64,000 nucleotides of DNA, from contig OZ219816.1 in assembly GCA_964291235.2 (NCBI GenBank), forward strand, positions 1,312,001 to 1,376,000. Reading direction: 5' to 3'. Source of the stretch: Vicinamibacteria bacterium (GTDB taxonomy: Bacteria; Acidobacteriota; Vicinamibacteria; Marinacidobacterales; Marinacidobacteraceae). The translations under genes were made by a program, and so were the position numbers. Position 1 is the first letter of the stretch, and every line of letters starts with the position of its first letter. Of this stretch, positions 1 to 9,105 are shown piece after piece. Below the pieces are notes generated by a model. The model was given only the letters and a program-made list of their open reading frames with translations. It searched no databases and had not been told where the DNA came from.

Positions 1-128
1 TAGGGATCATCGTGGGCCCGCTGGTAGGGGCTGCGGTTGCAGTGATCCTGTGCGGCGCGCTGGCGGTGCTCATCAATATCCGCGACCTGCTGGCGGCATC
101 GGCGGACAAGTCGGAATCGGAGTCGTAA
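1..128 (+). CDS. C-terminal end of a membrane protein (runs off the left edge)
   Basis: Frame from position 3 reads GIIVGPLVGAAVAVILCGALAVLINIRDLLAASADKSESES-TAA. It is followed by the hairpin GTGGCCT-GAGA-AGGCCAC (~132-149). Confidence 0.6.
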   Translation, partial: GIIVGPLVGAAVAVILCGALAVLINIRDLLAASADKSESES

Positions 129-230
129 TCGTGGCCTGAGAAGGCCACCGGGGCACATTGTCAGCGGGCGGCGCCGCTGGTGGCGAGAACGCGGGCTGGG
201 AACGGATTCGTCAGGGGCGCCGACGCCGCT

Positions 231-866
231 TTATCCGAACCCCTCGGGCTCGCGGTCATGGTTATCCGAGGATCTGGGTGGCGCCGCGAACATGTGGAGC
301 CAGTCGATCACCTGCGGTCGGCGGATCCCGGAGAAGTGGATCGCGCGGGCCAGTTCGAAGACGGACAGCCGTTCGCGAGACAGGAGTCTCGTGAGATCCC
401 AAGACCGGATACAGCCGAGGACGTGGTAGAGGATGGAGCATTCGCGTTCCGTGGGGGTGGCCGATCGGAAGATGCGGGCGAGTTCGGAACCGCTGGGCCG
501 GTTGGGGTATCCGGCTAGGTGGTCCGCGATGAGAGCGTCGAGCACGGGATGATCTTGGGGCGCCCCCCCTGGTGGCGGCGTGCGGGCTTCCGGATGCGTG
601 AACCAGGACAGAGGCAGAGGGATCCGTGCGGCTCGGTATTCGGGAGGGCAGTCGAGGTTTGAGGTTCGTAGCGGTTTGTCTGGCCCGCCGATCAAGGAGC
701 CGTGCTCGCCGAGCCCTGCGGCTCCTGGATCGCCGCCCCCCGCCAACCACGCCGCCACGACGCGACGTTCGTGGCGGGCGATGTGCTCCTCCCGGGTGAG
801 AAGGCGGCCCGGATCGGCTGGTGGCGGGTTGAAATAGGCATGGCGGAGCCTTGCGATGTCGAGCAC
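231..866 (-). CDS. Hypothetical protein, probable partner/antitoxin of the adjacent AbiEii-type toxin
   Basis: 211 aa ORF starting 2 nt after the toxin stop, with a helical C-terminal half. The function is inferred from position only. Confidence 0.55.
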   Translation of the reverse strand: MLDIARLRHAYFNPPPADPGRLLTREEHIARHERRVVAAWLAGGGDPGAAGLGEHGSLIGGPDKPLRTSNLDCPPEYRAARIPLPLSWFTHPEARTPPPGGAPQDHPVLDALIADHLAGYPNRPSGSELARIFRSATPTERECSILYHVLGCIRSWDLTRLLSRERLSVFELARAIHFSGIRRPQVIDWLHMFAAPPRSSDNHDREPEGFG

Positions 867-868
867 GG

Positions 869-1561
869 TCAGCGCTGCCAGTGGTAGGTTCGGCTGGGCT
901 GCAAGATGGAGCGAACCATGGAGACGGCGTATGCCGCCGCGCCAGGGCGGGCGGGCGCAAGAAGTCGCTGTGGATGGGTTGTCATGAAGTCGCGAGGCAG
1001 GGACCGCAGTTCGGCGCGGATATCCGCCAACTGATCGGGGGAGAACGGTTGGAGGGCGCGCGGGAGCGCTTCTGGCTCGTAATGTTGGGCGACAGCAATG
1101 TCATAGAGGTCGCGCGGGACGAAGGTGTTGTTCCCAAGAATGCGGCCGCCAATCTTGCGCGCGAGGATCTCGGCGCTGGTTTCGAGAGAGATCTGGGTTC
1201 CGCGAACGGTGTCGTCGGAGCGTGGGTTGCCGGTGAAGCCGGGGGTGGTGGAGACGCTGATCTCCCCGCCGTCGGCCAAGATGATCCGAGCGAAGGCAGG
1301 GCCGGTGGTGAGTTCCCGTAGCCCGCCGGTGGCACGGTTGAGGTCACGGCTGAAGGGATCAACGTTGGCGTACAGGAGCGCATAAGGTTCGGATTTGATG
1401 AAGTAGTCGATATCTGTGCTGTGGCGATGGTGCCAGCGGGCGGCGAGCGCGGTGCCGCCGCCGAGGCAGAGATGGTGTTCGCCGCCGAGGTGTTGGCCGA
1501 GAGGCGGCCGGGTAAGTTCCAGGAGTTCGGCGGGGCCGGCCGGAAGCTTGAGGGCGGCCAT
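869..1561 (-). CDS. Nucleotidyltransferase, AbiEii/AbiGii toxin family
   Basis: Signature LGGGTALAARWHHRHSTDIDYF plus the downstream PRDLYDI motif. Confidence 0.85.
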   Translation of the reverse strand: MAALKLPAGPAELLELTRPPLGQHLGGEHHLCLGGGTALAARWHHRHSTDIDYFIKSEPYALLYANVDPFSRDLNRATGGLRELTTGPAFARIILADGGEISVSTTPGFTGNPRSDDTVRGTQISLETSAEILARKIGGRILGNNTFVPRDLYDIAVAQHYEPEALPRALQPFSPDQLADIRAELRSLPRDFMTTHPQRLLAPARPGAAAYAVSMVRSILQPSRTYHWQR

Positions 1562-1565
1562 GGCA

Positions 1566-1829
1566 TCAACGAGCCGCGAGGACTCCGATCTGGACGCCGA
1601 TCCCGATCCCGATGGCCAGCCCGAAGACGAACCGGAAGATCCAGCGGCGGTAGACGGTGCGCCGGTGGCGGCGGAGTTCTGAGCGGAGCTCAGCTGTGGC
1701 TTCGACGATCTCGCGCAGCACCCCGCGGAGGTCCTGGCTGTTCTCGAGGAGGAGCTGGCGCAGGTGGACGTCGCCAGGGCGGGCGGTCTCCGCGAGACTG
1801 TCCGGGAGGGAGAGATCGGAGGGGCTCAT
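1566..1829 (-). CDS. Small coiled-coil protein with a C-terminal TM helix
   Basis: ATG at 1829 overlaps the upstream stop (ATGA). The tail WIFRFVFGLAIGIGIGVQIGVLAAR is hydrophobic. Confidence 0.6.
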   Translation of the reverse strand: MSPSDLSLPDSLAETARPGDVHLRQLLLENSQDLRGVLREIVEATAELRSELRRHRRTVYRRWIFRFVFGLAIGIGIGVQIGVLAAR

Positions 1830-2182
1830 GGGTTCGGGCCCGGGGCGTCGGGCGCGGCCCAGCGCGAACGGCCGTGCTGGTATTTCTGGAGGGTCCCGAT
1901 GGCCTCGCGCAAGGCCTCCGGCGGGAGCGCGGCAAGGGCATGGAGGCCGGCGCGGACGAGTTCGCTCTTGCTGGCCTGGGTGGAGGCGGCGAGACAGCGC
2001 GCCTGGAGGTCGGCGAGCAGCGCGTGGTCGCTGCGGGGGAAGGAGAAGGTGGCGCGGACCGCGGTTTGCGCGGGTGGCGGAGCGGCGGCAACCCGGTCCG
2101 CGGTGTCGAAGCGCTGCTCGACGGCGGCGCTCTCGGCCGCGAGGCTGCGGCCGAGGTTGCCGAGGGGATCTTCGGAGGTCAT
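1826..2182 (-). CDS. ParG-like ribbon-helix-helix centromere-binding/repressor protein
   Basis: Coupled to parA. The pattern VRATFSFPRSDHALLADLQARC..SKSELVRAGL fits strand-helix-helix. Confidence 0.65.
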   Translation of the reverse strand: MTSEDPLGNLGRSLAAESAAVEQRFDTADRVAAAPPPAQTAVRATFSFPRSDHALLADLQARCLAASTQASKSELVRAGLHALAALPPEALREAIGTLQKYQHGRSRWAAPDAPGPNP

Positions 2183-2865
2183 GGTGACGAGTCCTCCTCG
2201 AGGACGTTGAGGATTTCATGGGTGAGGCCGAAGATTTCGGCCTGGGCGAGCTGGGCCCGGGGCACGCCGGCGATGGTGAGGCCGCCCGCGGCGGCATGCC
2301 GGAAGGCTTCGCGGTCCCCGACCTGGGTGTTGAGGACGGGGATCCCGTATTCGGGCAGGAGGTCGCGGGTCTTGGCGGCGAGCCGCGTGCCCGCCTTGCG
2401 CTGGTTGACGACGATCCGGGCCTTGAGGCCGGGGCGCACCTGCACGACGCCGGCGATCACCTGGCGGATGGCGAGGCCGGCCCAGAGGTCGGGAGGCGAC
2501 GGGATGACCGGGACGATGGCGATGTCGGCCACCAGGAGCGCGCTGCGCGAGATGGGCGACTCGGCCGAGGGAGGGCAGTCGACGACGATGAAGTCATGGT
2601 CCTGGAGTTGCGCCCGCAGTTCACCGCGGAGGCGGTCGGCGGCACCGCTGGTGGCGAGAACGCGGGCCGGGAACGGTTTGGACGCCGGCGCCGACTCGGC
2701 CCAGCGGGTCGCCGTTCGCTGGGGATCGGCGTCGGCGACCAGGACGGAGTGGCCGCGGCGGGCGAGTTCGCCCGCCAGGCACATCGTCAGAGTCGTCTTG
2801 CCAGGCCCCCCTTTCTGGTTCACGATGGCGATGATGCGCGCGGCCTGGCTCGGGAGAGTATGCAC
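2179..2865 (-). CDS. parA: Plasmid-type (Ib) ParA partition ATPase
   Basis: IIAIVNQKGGPGKTT deviant Walker A, DADPQ and VDCPP motifs. Likely start is GTG 2865; the longer ORF reads through the repeat cluster. Confidence 0.9.
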   Translation of the reverse strand: MHTLPSQAARIIAIVNQKGGPGKTTLTMCLAGELARRGHSVLVADADPQRTATRWAESAPASKPFPARVLATSGAADRLRGELRAQLQDHDFIVVDCPPSAESPISRSALLVADIAIVPVIPSPPDLWAGLAIRQVIAGVVQVRPGLKARIVVNQRKAGTRLAAKTRDLLPEYGIPVLNTQVGDREAFRHAAAGGLTIAGVPRAQLAQAEIFGLTHEILNVLEEDSSP

Positions 2866-2912
2866 GGTAAATACCGGTATGAAAGCATACCGTATGCAAC
2901 ATACGGTATGCA
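2858..2912. repeat. 55-bp inverted repeat, left copy; CATAC(C/G)GTATG cluster (putative parC/operator)
   Basis: GTATGCACGGTAAATACCGGTATGAAAGCATACCGTATGCAACATACGGTATGCA matches the reverse complement of 3949-4003 at 54/55 positions. Confidence 0.9.
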
Positions 2913-2949
2913 AGGAGTCGTCGGCCGATGTAGGCATAGAATTGACTAC

Positions 2950-3210
2950 ATGGAAGATGGCCTGAGCGCGTCAACCAGAGATCGCCAGGACATAGCCCGG
3001 GCGGAGGGGATCATGGAGCGTCTCCGTCGGGATCTCGATGACTGGTATCGAGCCAGTCAGGGGCGTGTGGGATGGCGTGAGCAGCCGTTGGACGTGGAGG
3101 GGCTGCACCGTCAGGCGCGGGAACTCGCGAACGTCCTGGGACGGGTGCGTCGCCGTCATGCCAAGCGCCGGGAGGCGCGCGAGCGTCGCGGTAGCGTGCT
3201 GGAGGGTTAG
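2950..3210 (+). CDS. Small helical hypothetical protein
   Basis: MEDGLSASTRDRQDIARAEGIMERLRRDLDDWYR...; ends 2 nt before the next gene. Confidence 0.5.
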   Translation: MEDGLSASTRDRQDIARAEGIMERLRRDLDDWYRASQGRVGWREQPLDVEGLHRQARELANVLGRVRRRHAKRREARERRGSVLEG

Positions 3211-3212
3211 CG

Positions 3213-3869
3213 GTGAAGGAATGGACGACCGGCGCAACAGGGATCCGGTACCGCGTCGGAGGCGGCGGCGCACAAGTGGCAATCCCGGAGGGGCAGGCGA
3301 TGGTGGCCGAGGCGGACCGCCTGCTGTATCGTGGGGACGGCGTGACCTGGTCGATGGCCGGATCGGGTGGCGGTTGGGTGCGAGGATGGGTGAACCGGAT
3401 CCAGCGACGGGCCGCCGGCCTGGCGGGCCGGATGAATCTCTACGAGGGACCCGGTGAGGTGGCGTTCGCCGCGGGCGGCGGGGCGGAGGTTCAGGCCGTG
3501 GACCTGGTGAGGGGAGACAGCCTTGTGGTGGCCGCGCCGGCTTTGCTGGCGACGTCGGCCGGCGTTCACGTGGACGTGGCGCTGGTGGAGAAGGTCCGGG
3601 ACGAGGGAGAGCGGCGAACCGTGGTGATGTATAGGGTGACGGGTGAGGGGTTGGTGCTGCTCGCCGCGTTCGGACGTGCGGTGCGGATGGAGCTGGCGCA
3701 AGAGGAGGCGATCGAGGCGGCGGTATGGGGAGTCGCCTGGTATGGCGCGACGGGGGGCTACGAGTTGCGCGTGCTGGGTGGCCGCGGTGGCGGCCACGTG
3801 GCGCGGATCACGGGACCGGCGCGGCTGGTTCTGCAGACGGGGCGGCCGCCGGAGCGTTCGAATGGTTAG
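3213..3869 (+). CDS. AIM24 (TIGR00266)-like protein, divergent
   Basis: Repeated beta units typical of AIM24: MNLYEGPGEVAFA, YRVTGEGLVLLAAFG, ARITGPARLVLQT. Confidence 0.7.
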   Translation: MKEWTTGATGIRYRVGGGGAQVAIPEGQAMVAEADRLLYRGDGVTWSMAGSGGGWVRGWVNRIQRRAAGLAGRMNLYEGPGEVAFAAGGGAEVQAVDLVRGDSLVVAAPALLATSAGVHVDVALVEKVRDEGERRTVVMYRVTGEGLVLLAAFGRAVRMELAQEEAIEAAVWGVAWYGATGGYELRVLGGRGGGHVARITGPARLVLQTGRPPERSNG

Positions 3870-3948
3870 CGGAGGGGATGGCCGGCAGACCACAGGAGAC
3901 GAGGACAGCCTAGGGTGAGCGGTTCTCCGGTGTTGGCGTCTTCGATCG

Positions 3949-4003
3949 TGCATACCGTATGTTGCATACGGTATGCTTTCATACCGGTATTTACGGTGCA
4001 TAC
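3949..4003. repeat. 55-bp inverted repeat, right copy
   Basis: Reverse complement of 2858-2912 with one mismatch. Confidence 0.9.
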
Positions 4004-4041
4004 CGCTTTGGCGGCGGGCGAAGCGCCGGCGGCCGAGACGG

Positions 4042-4590
4042 TCAGGCGTGGGCCAGCGCCAGGCCGACTCCGGCAGCGAGGAGCCAGGCCGAGGCGGCGG
4101 CAGCGATTCCGAGCCGCAGGCGGCGCCGGGAAGGCGGCCGGCCCCGGAGGGTGGCGGCGCTGATCGCTGCCGCGGCGATGGGGAGCAGGGCCGGGAAGAC
4201 GAGGCCAAGCGTGAGGCCTGCGAAGAGGGCGGCCAGGGCCATGGAGACGAGGACCGCGCACGGCGACGCGAGCGGCCCGCCCGGGCAGGGCAGCACGGAG
4301 AACTCCCAACCGGCGGCGATCAGGAGCGCGGCGCCGGCGAACGCCGCCGCGGCCGTGCCGGCGGCATAGACCGCCAGGAAGTGTGCGAAGGGCTCGGCGG
4401 TGCGAGCCTCACCGTGGTACCAGACGCGCGCACCCAGGAGCGCGGCGAACAGCCACGGCCAGGCGGCGGCGCTCGTAAGCATGGTTGCGAGGCGGGAGCC
4501 GGGGTTGCTCCAGGCTGCGACCAGCGCGGCCCAGGCGACCAGGACGCAGGCGACCGAGACCGCGAGCAGGTAGACGGCGGGGCGGGTCAA
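4042..4590 (-). CDS. Multi-pass membrane protein
   Basis: TTG start overlaps the virB11 stop; about five hydrophobic segments. Confidence 0.6.
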   Translation of the reverse strand: MTRPAVYLLAVSVACVLVAWAALVAAWSNPGSRLATMLTSAAAWPWLFAALLGARVWYHGEARTAEPFAHFLAVYAAGTAAAAFAGAALLIAAGWEFSVLPCPGGPLASPCAVLVSMALAALFAGLTLGLVFPALLPIAAAAISAATLRGRPPSRRRLRLGIAAAASAWLLAAGVGLALAHA

Positions 4591-5567
4591 GGTCCGGACG
4601 GCGCGCCCGCTGCGGCGTCCTCGATGATCCAGCTGTTGTCCTCGACCTGCCACCCGCGGACGTAGATCCCGTTCTCGACGACGCGGCGGCCGCGGATGCG
4701 GGCGGTGTGGAGGACGAGGGCGATGCCGTCCACGACGCTGCGGCAGACGACTTCCCAGGGAAGGGCGTCCCGGGCCGCCATGGCGCAGCTCGCGAGCCGG
4801 GAGAGGGCGGAGACGGCCGTGTTGGCGTGGATGGTGGTGAGGCTGCCGCCGTGGCCGGTGTTCAGGGCCTGCAGGAGGTCGGCGGCCTCGGCGCCGCGGA
4901 TCTCGCCGACCACGATGTGGTCGGGCCGATGCCGGAGCGAGTGCTTCACGAGGCTCCGGACGGTGACGGGCCGGGTGTGCGTGTCCGTGGTGTCCGCCTC
5001 GCGGGCCTCGAAGCGCACGGTGTTCGGCTGCTCGATGCGCAGCTCCAGGGTGTCCTCGATCGAGACGATGCGCTCGTCCGGAGGAAGCAGCCCGATGAGG
5101 GCGTTGACGACCGTCGTCTTGCCGGTGCCGGTGCCGCCGGAAACGAGGATGTTCCGCCTGGCGGCGAGGGTGTTCCTGGCGGCCTCGAAGAGCGCAGGAG
5201 GCAGCGAACCGGCCGTGACGAGGTCCTCCGCGGTGAAGGCGCGCTTGCCGAAGCGGCGGATGGTGATGGCGACGTGGGGCGACGCCGGCGGGACGCAGAT
5301 GGCGACGCGGGAGCCGTCCTCGAGACGCGCATCGATGGTCGGCGAAACCGTGGGATCCAGGCCGAGCGGGCGGGCGATGTGGATGGCCGCCCGCTCGAGA
5401 GTGTCCCTGTCGAGCTTCGGGGCGTCGGCGGGGCGGAGCCCCTGCCCTGCCCGCTCGACCCAGACGTTGTGCGGGCCGTTGATCATGAGCTCCGAGACGG
5501 CCATGTCGGCGAAGATGTCCTCCAGGCCGGGGAGGAACGGGCTGAGCCGGTCGATCCCGGTGCTCAT
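4587..5567 (-). CDS. virB11: T4SS traffic ATPase VirB11/TrbB (CpaF-like)
   Basis: SGGTGTGKTT, SIEDTLEL, LRHRPDHIVVGEIRG and NTGHGGSLTTIHA motifs. ATG 5567 overlaps the virD4 stop. Confidence 0.92.
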   Translation of the reverse strand: MSTGIDRLSPFLPGLEDIFADMAVSELMINGPHNVWVERAGQGLRPADAPKLDRDTLERAAIHIARPLGLDPTVSPTIDARLEDGSRVAICVPPASPHVAITIRRFGKRAFTAEDLVTAGSLPPALFEAARNTLAARRNILVSGGTGTGKTTVVNALIGLLPPDERIVSIEDTLELRIEQPNTVRFEAREADTTDTHTRPVTVRSLVKHSLRHRPDHIVVGEIRGAEAADLLQALNTGHGGSLTTIHANTAVSALSRLASCAMAARDALPWEVVCRSVVDGIALVLHTARIRGRRVVENGIYVRGWQVEDNSWIIEDAAAGAPSGP

Positions 5568-7900
5568 ATCTGGCCGGCGGCGCGGGCGCGCCAGTAGGGG
5601 CGGTCGCGCGGGAGGTAGTGGGGCTTGAGATAGACCCGGGTGGCGGGAAGCGCCTGGGCGCCGTCGTAGGCGAGCACGACGGCCTGGCAGTTCTCGAGGA
5701 GCGTGAACTGGCGGGCGTGGAACATCGGCTCGCGCTGTTCGCGGTAGGACTTCGAGGTCCCCAGCGTGCCCTTCGCGCCGCCGGCGCGGGCGGTGATGAG
5801 GGAGAAGCCGGGCTTGGCGGACTCGGTGAAGGAGTAAGAGGGGGAGAGCCGCAGGATCTTGCCGCACATGTTGGAAGCGAGTTCGGCGCTGCTGTCGTCG
5901 CTGAGGGAGAGGAATATCTTGGTCCGGAGCGTCTGCAGGAGGGTGCGCCAGGCGTCCTGTCCGGGAAGCACCGATTTGAGGGAGCTGATGGACTGGGTGG
6001 CGACGATGGGGATGACGCGGCACTGGCGGGTGAGCGCGAAGGCTTTCTCGTCGCCGGAGGGGTCGTCCTCGCCGACGGAGGCGAAGGACTGGTATTCGTC
6101 GCAGAGGAAAACCGCGGGCCGGACGTAGCGGTTGGGGTGCAGCTTCATGGCGGCGGGCCGCTTGAGGAGGCCCTGGAGCCAGGCGTTCTTGAGCATGACG
6201 CCGATGGTGCGGGCGAGGGCGGGGTTGGCCCCGGCCGGCATGTTGAGCGCCACGACCTTGCCGTCCTCGGCGAGCTCCTCGACCGGCGGGAGCGGTTGCA
6301 GGAGTGCGGCGCCGGTGGATGGCGGGGTTCCGGGCGGCGGCGGCGGCAGGTCCGCGGGCGGCGGGGTGCGCGGCCGGGGCCGGTCCGGACAGAAGACGCG
6401 GGCGACCTCTGGGAGGTCGAACATGGAGAGGAAGACGGAGACGCCCTCGACGATGGAGGTGCGGAGCTTGGGGTCGAGCTGGAGCCAGTCGTGCTCGTAC
6501 CAGCGCTGGATGGCGTCGATGCGGAGGGCGTGCTCGGAGCGCGGGCGCTCGGGCGGGTTGTCGACCGTGAACGGCACGCCCAGCGCCGTGAGCGTGTCCT
6601 CGAGTTCCTGGTCGGCAGGAGTGCGGGCGTGACCGTCGCCGCTCTTGGTCCAGGTGCGCCCCTCGCGGAGCTGCGGGTGAGTGACGAAGTCGTCGTTCCT
6701 GACCAGCACGTCGTTGACGGGGGGCGGGTCGCTGAAGGAGCGCGCCCGCGCGAGCTTCCTGCCGATGAGTTCGGTGTCGATCGCGCAGTGATAGAGATCC
6801 CGGAAGGTGCACCAGCGCTCGGGGAGGGCGCGGTGCAGCTCGATGAGCCAGCGGATGAGGTTGGTGTATGCCTGCTGCCAGAAGGGCTCCTTGGACTTGC
6901 CGAAGAGCTGGTTGAGGAGGGTGGCGACGGTGTAGGCGAGGGAGTAGCTGTCCATGTCGGACGCGAGGGGGTTCCACTGCCAGCGTCCGCCGATGCCGAG
7001 TTCGAGGTAGTCGTCGGGCCGGCCGGCGTGCTCCAGGACGGCGCGGATGTCGTGGCAGAAGTCGCCCTTGACTTCGAGGACGAGTCCGGCCGCGCGGCGG
7101 GCGGGATCGTCGGCCTGCCAGGAGAGGAGCTGGTCGGCGAAGGGGCGCATGCAGGCGGAGGTCTTGCCGGTGCCGACGGCCCCGAAGATGGCGATGCCGG
7201 TGAAGAGGCCGCGTTCGGGCAGCGTGAGCCACTCCGGCCGGGTGGTCTCCTTGGCCTCGGTGGGGTGGTGGAGTTCCCCGACCACGAGAGAGGGGGCGGG
7301 GTCCTGGGGGCCATTGGGCCAGGGGGGCAGGACGCCGCGCCCGGGGAGGCGGCGGTTTGCCGGGGAATCGAGCCAGAGGCGCCGAATGCTGGTGGCGATG
7401 AGGAGCCCCCCGCCGGCGACGACGGCGGGAGCCACGAGAAACCACCCGCGGATGACGTTGTAGAAGACGGGGTCCTCGAGGGCGATGAGGTCGAGGAGGG
7501 GCACCTCGCCGGGCGCGGGGAAAGAGCGGGAGAGGATGGACCAGGCGAGCGCCGCGAGTCCGAGGACGATGGCGACGACGGTGCGCCAGGAGAGGAGCCG
7601 GCCCAGCGATGCCTCGGAGTTGCGTAGGCGCAAAACCGCCCACGAGAAGATCCGTCCCAGCGCGCGACGGAGGTCCGGTGCGAGCCAGAATGCGAGCAGG
7701 GCGAGGGAGAAGGCCCCGAGGGCGGGGCCGGCGTAGAACCAGGCCCGGAGGAGCTGGTAACCGAAGGGATCCTTGAGCGCGACGAGGTCGAGGAGCGGGA
7801 CGGCGCCCTCGGCCGGGAACCCGCCCTGGCGGACGATGACGAGGAGCGCCAGGATCGCGGCGGCCGCCGGAAAGAGGAAGCGCGGCGAGGAGAGCGTCAT
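5564..7900 (-). CDS. virD4: Type IV coupling protein (VirD4/TraD-like)
   Basis: N-terminal TM segments, GAVGTGKTS Walker A, LVLEVKGDF, FLCDEYQSF Walker B and VATQS. Start is 7900 or 7921. Confidence 0.88.
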   Translation of the reverse strand: MTLSSPRFLFPAAAAILALLVIVRQGGFPAEGAVPLLDLVALKDPFGYQLLRAWFYAGPALGAFSLALLAFWLAPDLRRALGRIFSWAVLRLRNSEASLGRLLSWRTVVAIVLGLAALAWSILSRSFPAPGEVPLLDLIALEDPVFYNVIRGWFLVAPAVVAGGGLLIATSIRRLWLDSPANRRLPGRGVLPPWPNGPQDPAPSLVVGELHHPTEAKETTRPEWLTLPERGLFTGIAIFGAVGTGKTSACMRPFADQLLSWQADDPARRAAGLVLEVKGDFCHDIRAVLEHAGRPDDYLELGIGGRWQWNPLASDMDSYSLAYTVATLLNQLFGKSKEPFWQQAYTNLIRWLIELHRALPERWCTFRDLYHCAIDTELIGRKLARARSFSDPPPVNDVLVRNDDFVTHPQLREGRTWTKSGDGHARTPADQELEDTLTALGVPFTVDNPPERPRSEHALRIDAIQRWYEHDWLQLDPKLRTSIVEGVSVFLSMFDLPEVARVFCPDRPRPRTPPPADLPPPPPGTPPSTGAALLQPLPPVEELAEDGKVVALNMPAGANPALARTIGVMLKNAWLQGLLKRPAAMKLHPNRYVRPAVFLCDEYQSFASVGEDDPSGDEKAFALTRQCRVIPIVATQSISSLKSVLPGQDAWRTLLQTLRTKIFLSLSDDSSAELASNMCGKILRLSPSYSFTESAKPGFSLITARAGGAKGTLGTSKSYREQREPMFHARQFTLLENCQAVVLAYDGAQALPATRVYLKPHYLPRDRPYWRARAAGQI

Positions 7901-7929
7901 GGGAGCGGCCCGCTCGGGCATGCGTAAGC

Positions 7930-8285
7930 GACGAGGAGCACGGCCCCCGCCAGGACAAGCACCTTGGCGACGAGATGTCGCAGGGTGCTCATCGCCTTCC
8001 CGCAGGGATCAGTGCGTCACGAGTGACGGCTGGGAGCGACCCGAACACGGGAAGAAGGGGTGAGAAATGCAACCCGATTCCGTGCCGCATTTCCTGGGGA
8101 AATGGGGGGGTCGCTCCCTACTCCGCCTGCCCGCTGAAATGCGGGCAGGCGGAGCGGTCCCATAGGGACCGAACCACACCGGGGAGAACGAGAATCGGAC
8201 GAGCCGGGGTGAGAAATGTGAAACGGGAAAAAGCGAGAAATGCGGGTTATGTGCATTTCTCGCGGGGAGATCGCCGCGAGACGAG
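7930..8285. other. Putative origin of transfer (oriT) / structured intergenic region
   Basis: Perfect 14-bp IR (8121-8154), 7-bp IR (8155-8171), 11-bp IR (8233-8263) and a direct repeat GGGGTGAGAAATG (8057, 8206). It lies upstream of the coupling protein gene. Confidence 0.5.
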
Positions 8286-8290
8286 GAGGT

Positions 8291-8551
8291 TCACTCATCC
8301 GCGGGAGCGTCCGCGGCGGCGTTGAGTTCGGCGAGCGCGCGGTGCGTGTCGTGCGCGAGCAGGGCCAGGTGCGGCAGGTCGTTGATGCCGAAGCTGGGGC
8401 GGCTGCGCCAGCCGTCCTCGGTCTTGTAGAGGCGCGAGAAGGTGGCCGAGTGGAACGTGTTCCCGTCGGCCTCGTTCCGCCAGATGGCGGCGCGGCAGGT
8501 GCCGACCCGGAGTTCGTCGACGGGAGGAGCGTTGTTCGTGCTGGTGGTCAT
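8291..8551 (-). CDS. Small putative ssDNA-binding protein (PC4-like fold, common on conjugative elements)
   Basis: PVDELRVGTCRAAIWRNE..SATFSRLYKTEDGWRSRPSFGINDL; RBS AAGGAGG before the ATG. Confidence 0.6.
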   Translation of the reverse strand: MTTSTNNAPPVDELRVGTCRAAIWRNEADGNTFHSATFSRLYKTEDGWRSRPSFGINDLPHLALLAHDTHRALAELNAAADAPADE

Positions 8552-8577
8552 GGAAGCCTCCTTGGGGGCGTCAGGGG

Positions 8578-9093
8578 TCATGGGCGGAAGTTGAGCCGTT
8601 CGACCAGGTCGATGCCGTGCGCCACGTAGAACAGGAAGGCTTTTTCGACCTGGGGGTCGGTGGGCGGCGCGCACGACGGGATGGCACAGAACTGCTGCAG
8701 CCTCATCTCGATATCTGAGCCGCCCCCGTCAAGGAACCAGACGGTGAAGCCGCGGCGGGATCCGCGTGTCGGCCTGACTGTTTCCAGGAGAGGACCGCTC
8801 CACGGCATTGCCGAATAGGTTTCGATCCATTGCTTCGCCCGGCGCCACGCGGTGGCGCATTCCCCGATCAGCTCACCCGGACCGGCTTCTCGATCTTCCT
8901 CCTCGTTCAGGCAGGTGACAGCGTTCGTGACATCGGCCTGCCGCAGGGCGGCTTCGATCTTGTCGTGATCGGAGTGGCCGATGAGGGGGAGTGGGGCCAC
9001 GGCATTGTTGAACGCATCGCAGGCGCCGAAGGCCAGGAGGGAACACAGGACGAGACGGAGTAACGGAGCTGGTCGGGGACGAAGGGGGCACAT
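8578..9093 (-). CDS. Hypothetical lipoprotein
   Basis: Signal peptide with a lipobox-like LAFGA-C. Confidence 0.55.
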   Translation of the reverse strand: MCPLRPRPAPLLRLVLCSLLAFGACDAFNNAVAPLPLIGHSDHDKIEAALRQADVTNAVTCLNEEEDREAGPGELIGECATAWRRAKQWIETYSAMPWSGPLLETVRPTRGSRRGFTVWFLDGGGSDIEMRLQQFCAIPSCAPPTDPQVEKAFLFYVAHGIDLVERLNFRP

Positions 9094-9105
9094 GGCTGTG
9101 GTCGG

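Noticed and set aside
2866-2937. N-terminal extension of plasmid ParA matching ORF 3915-4163
   Set aside because: The shared peptide is just the 55-bp inverted repeat translated, not a protein domain.
4587-7958. 1123-aa ORF as a giant VirB11 fusion
   Set aside because: The N-terminal ~800 aa is an Arg/Pro-rich shadow frame over virD4; the real start is ATG 5567.
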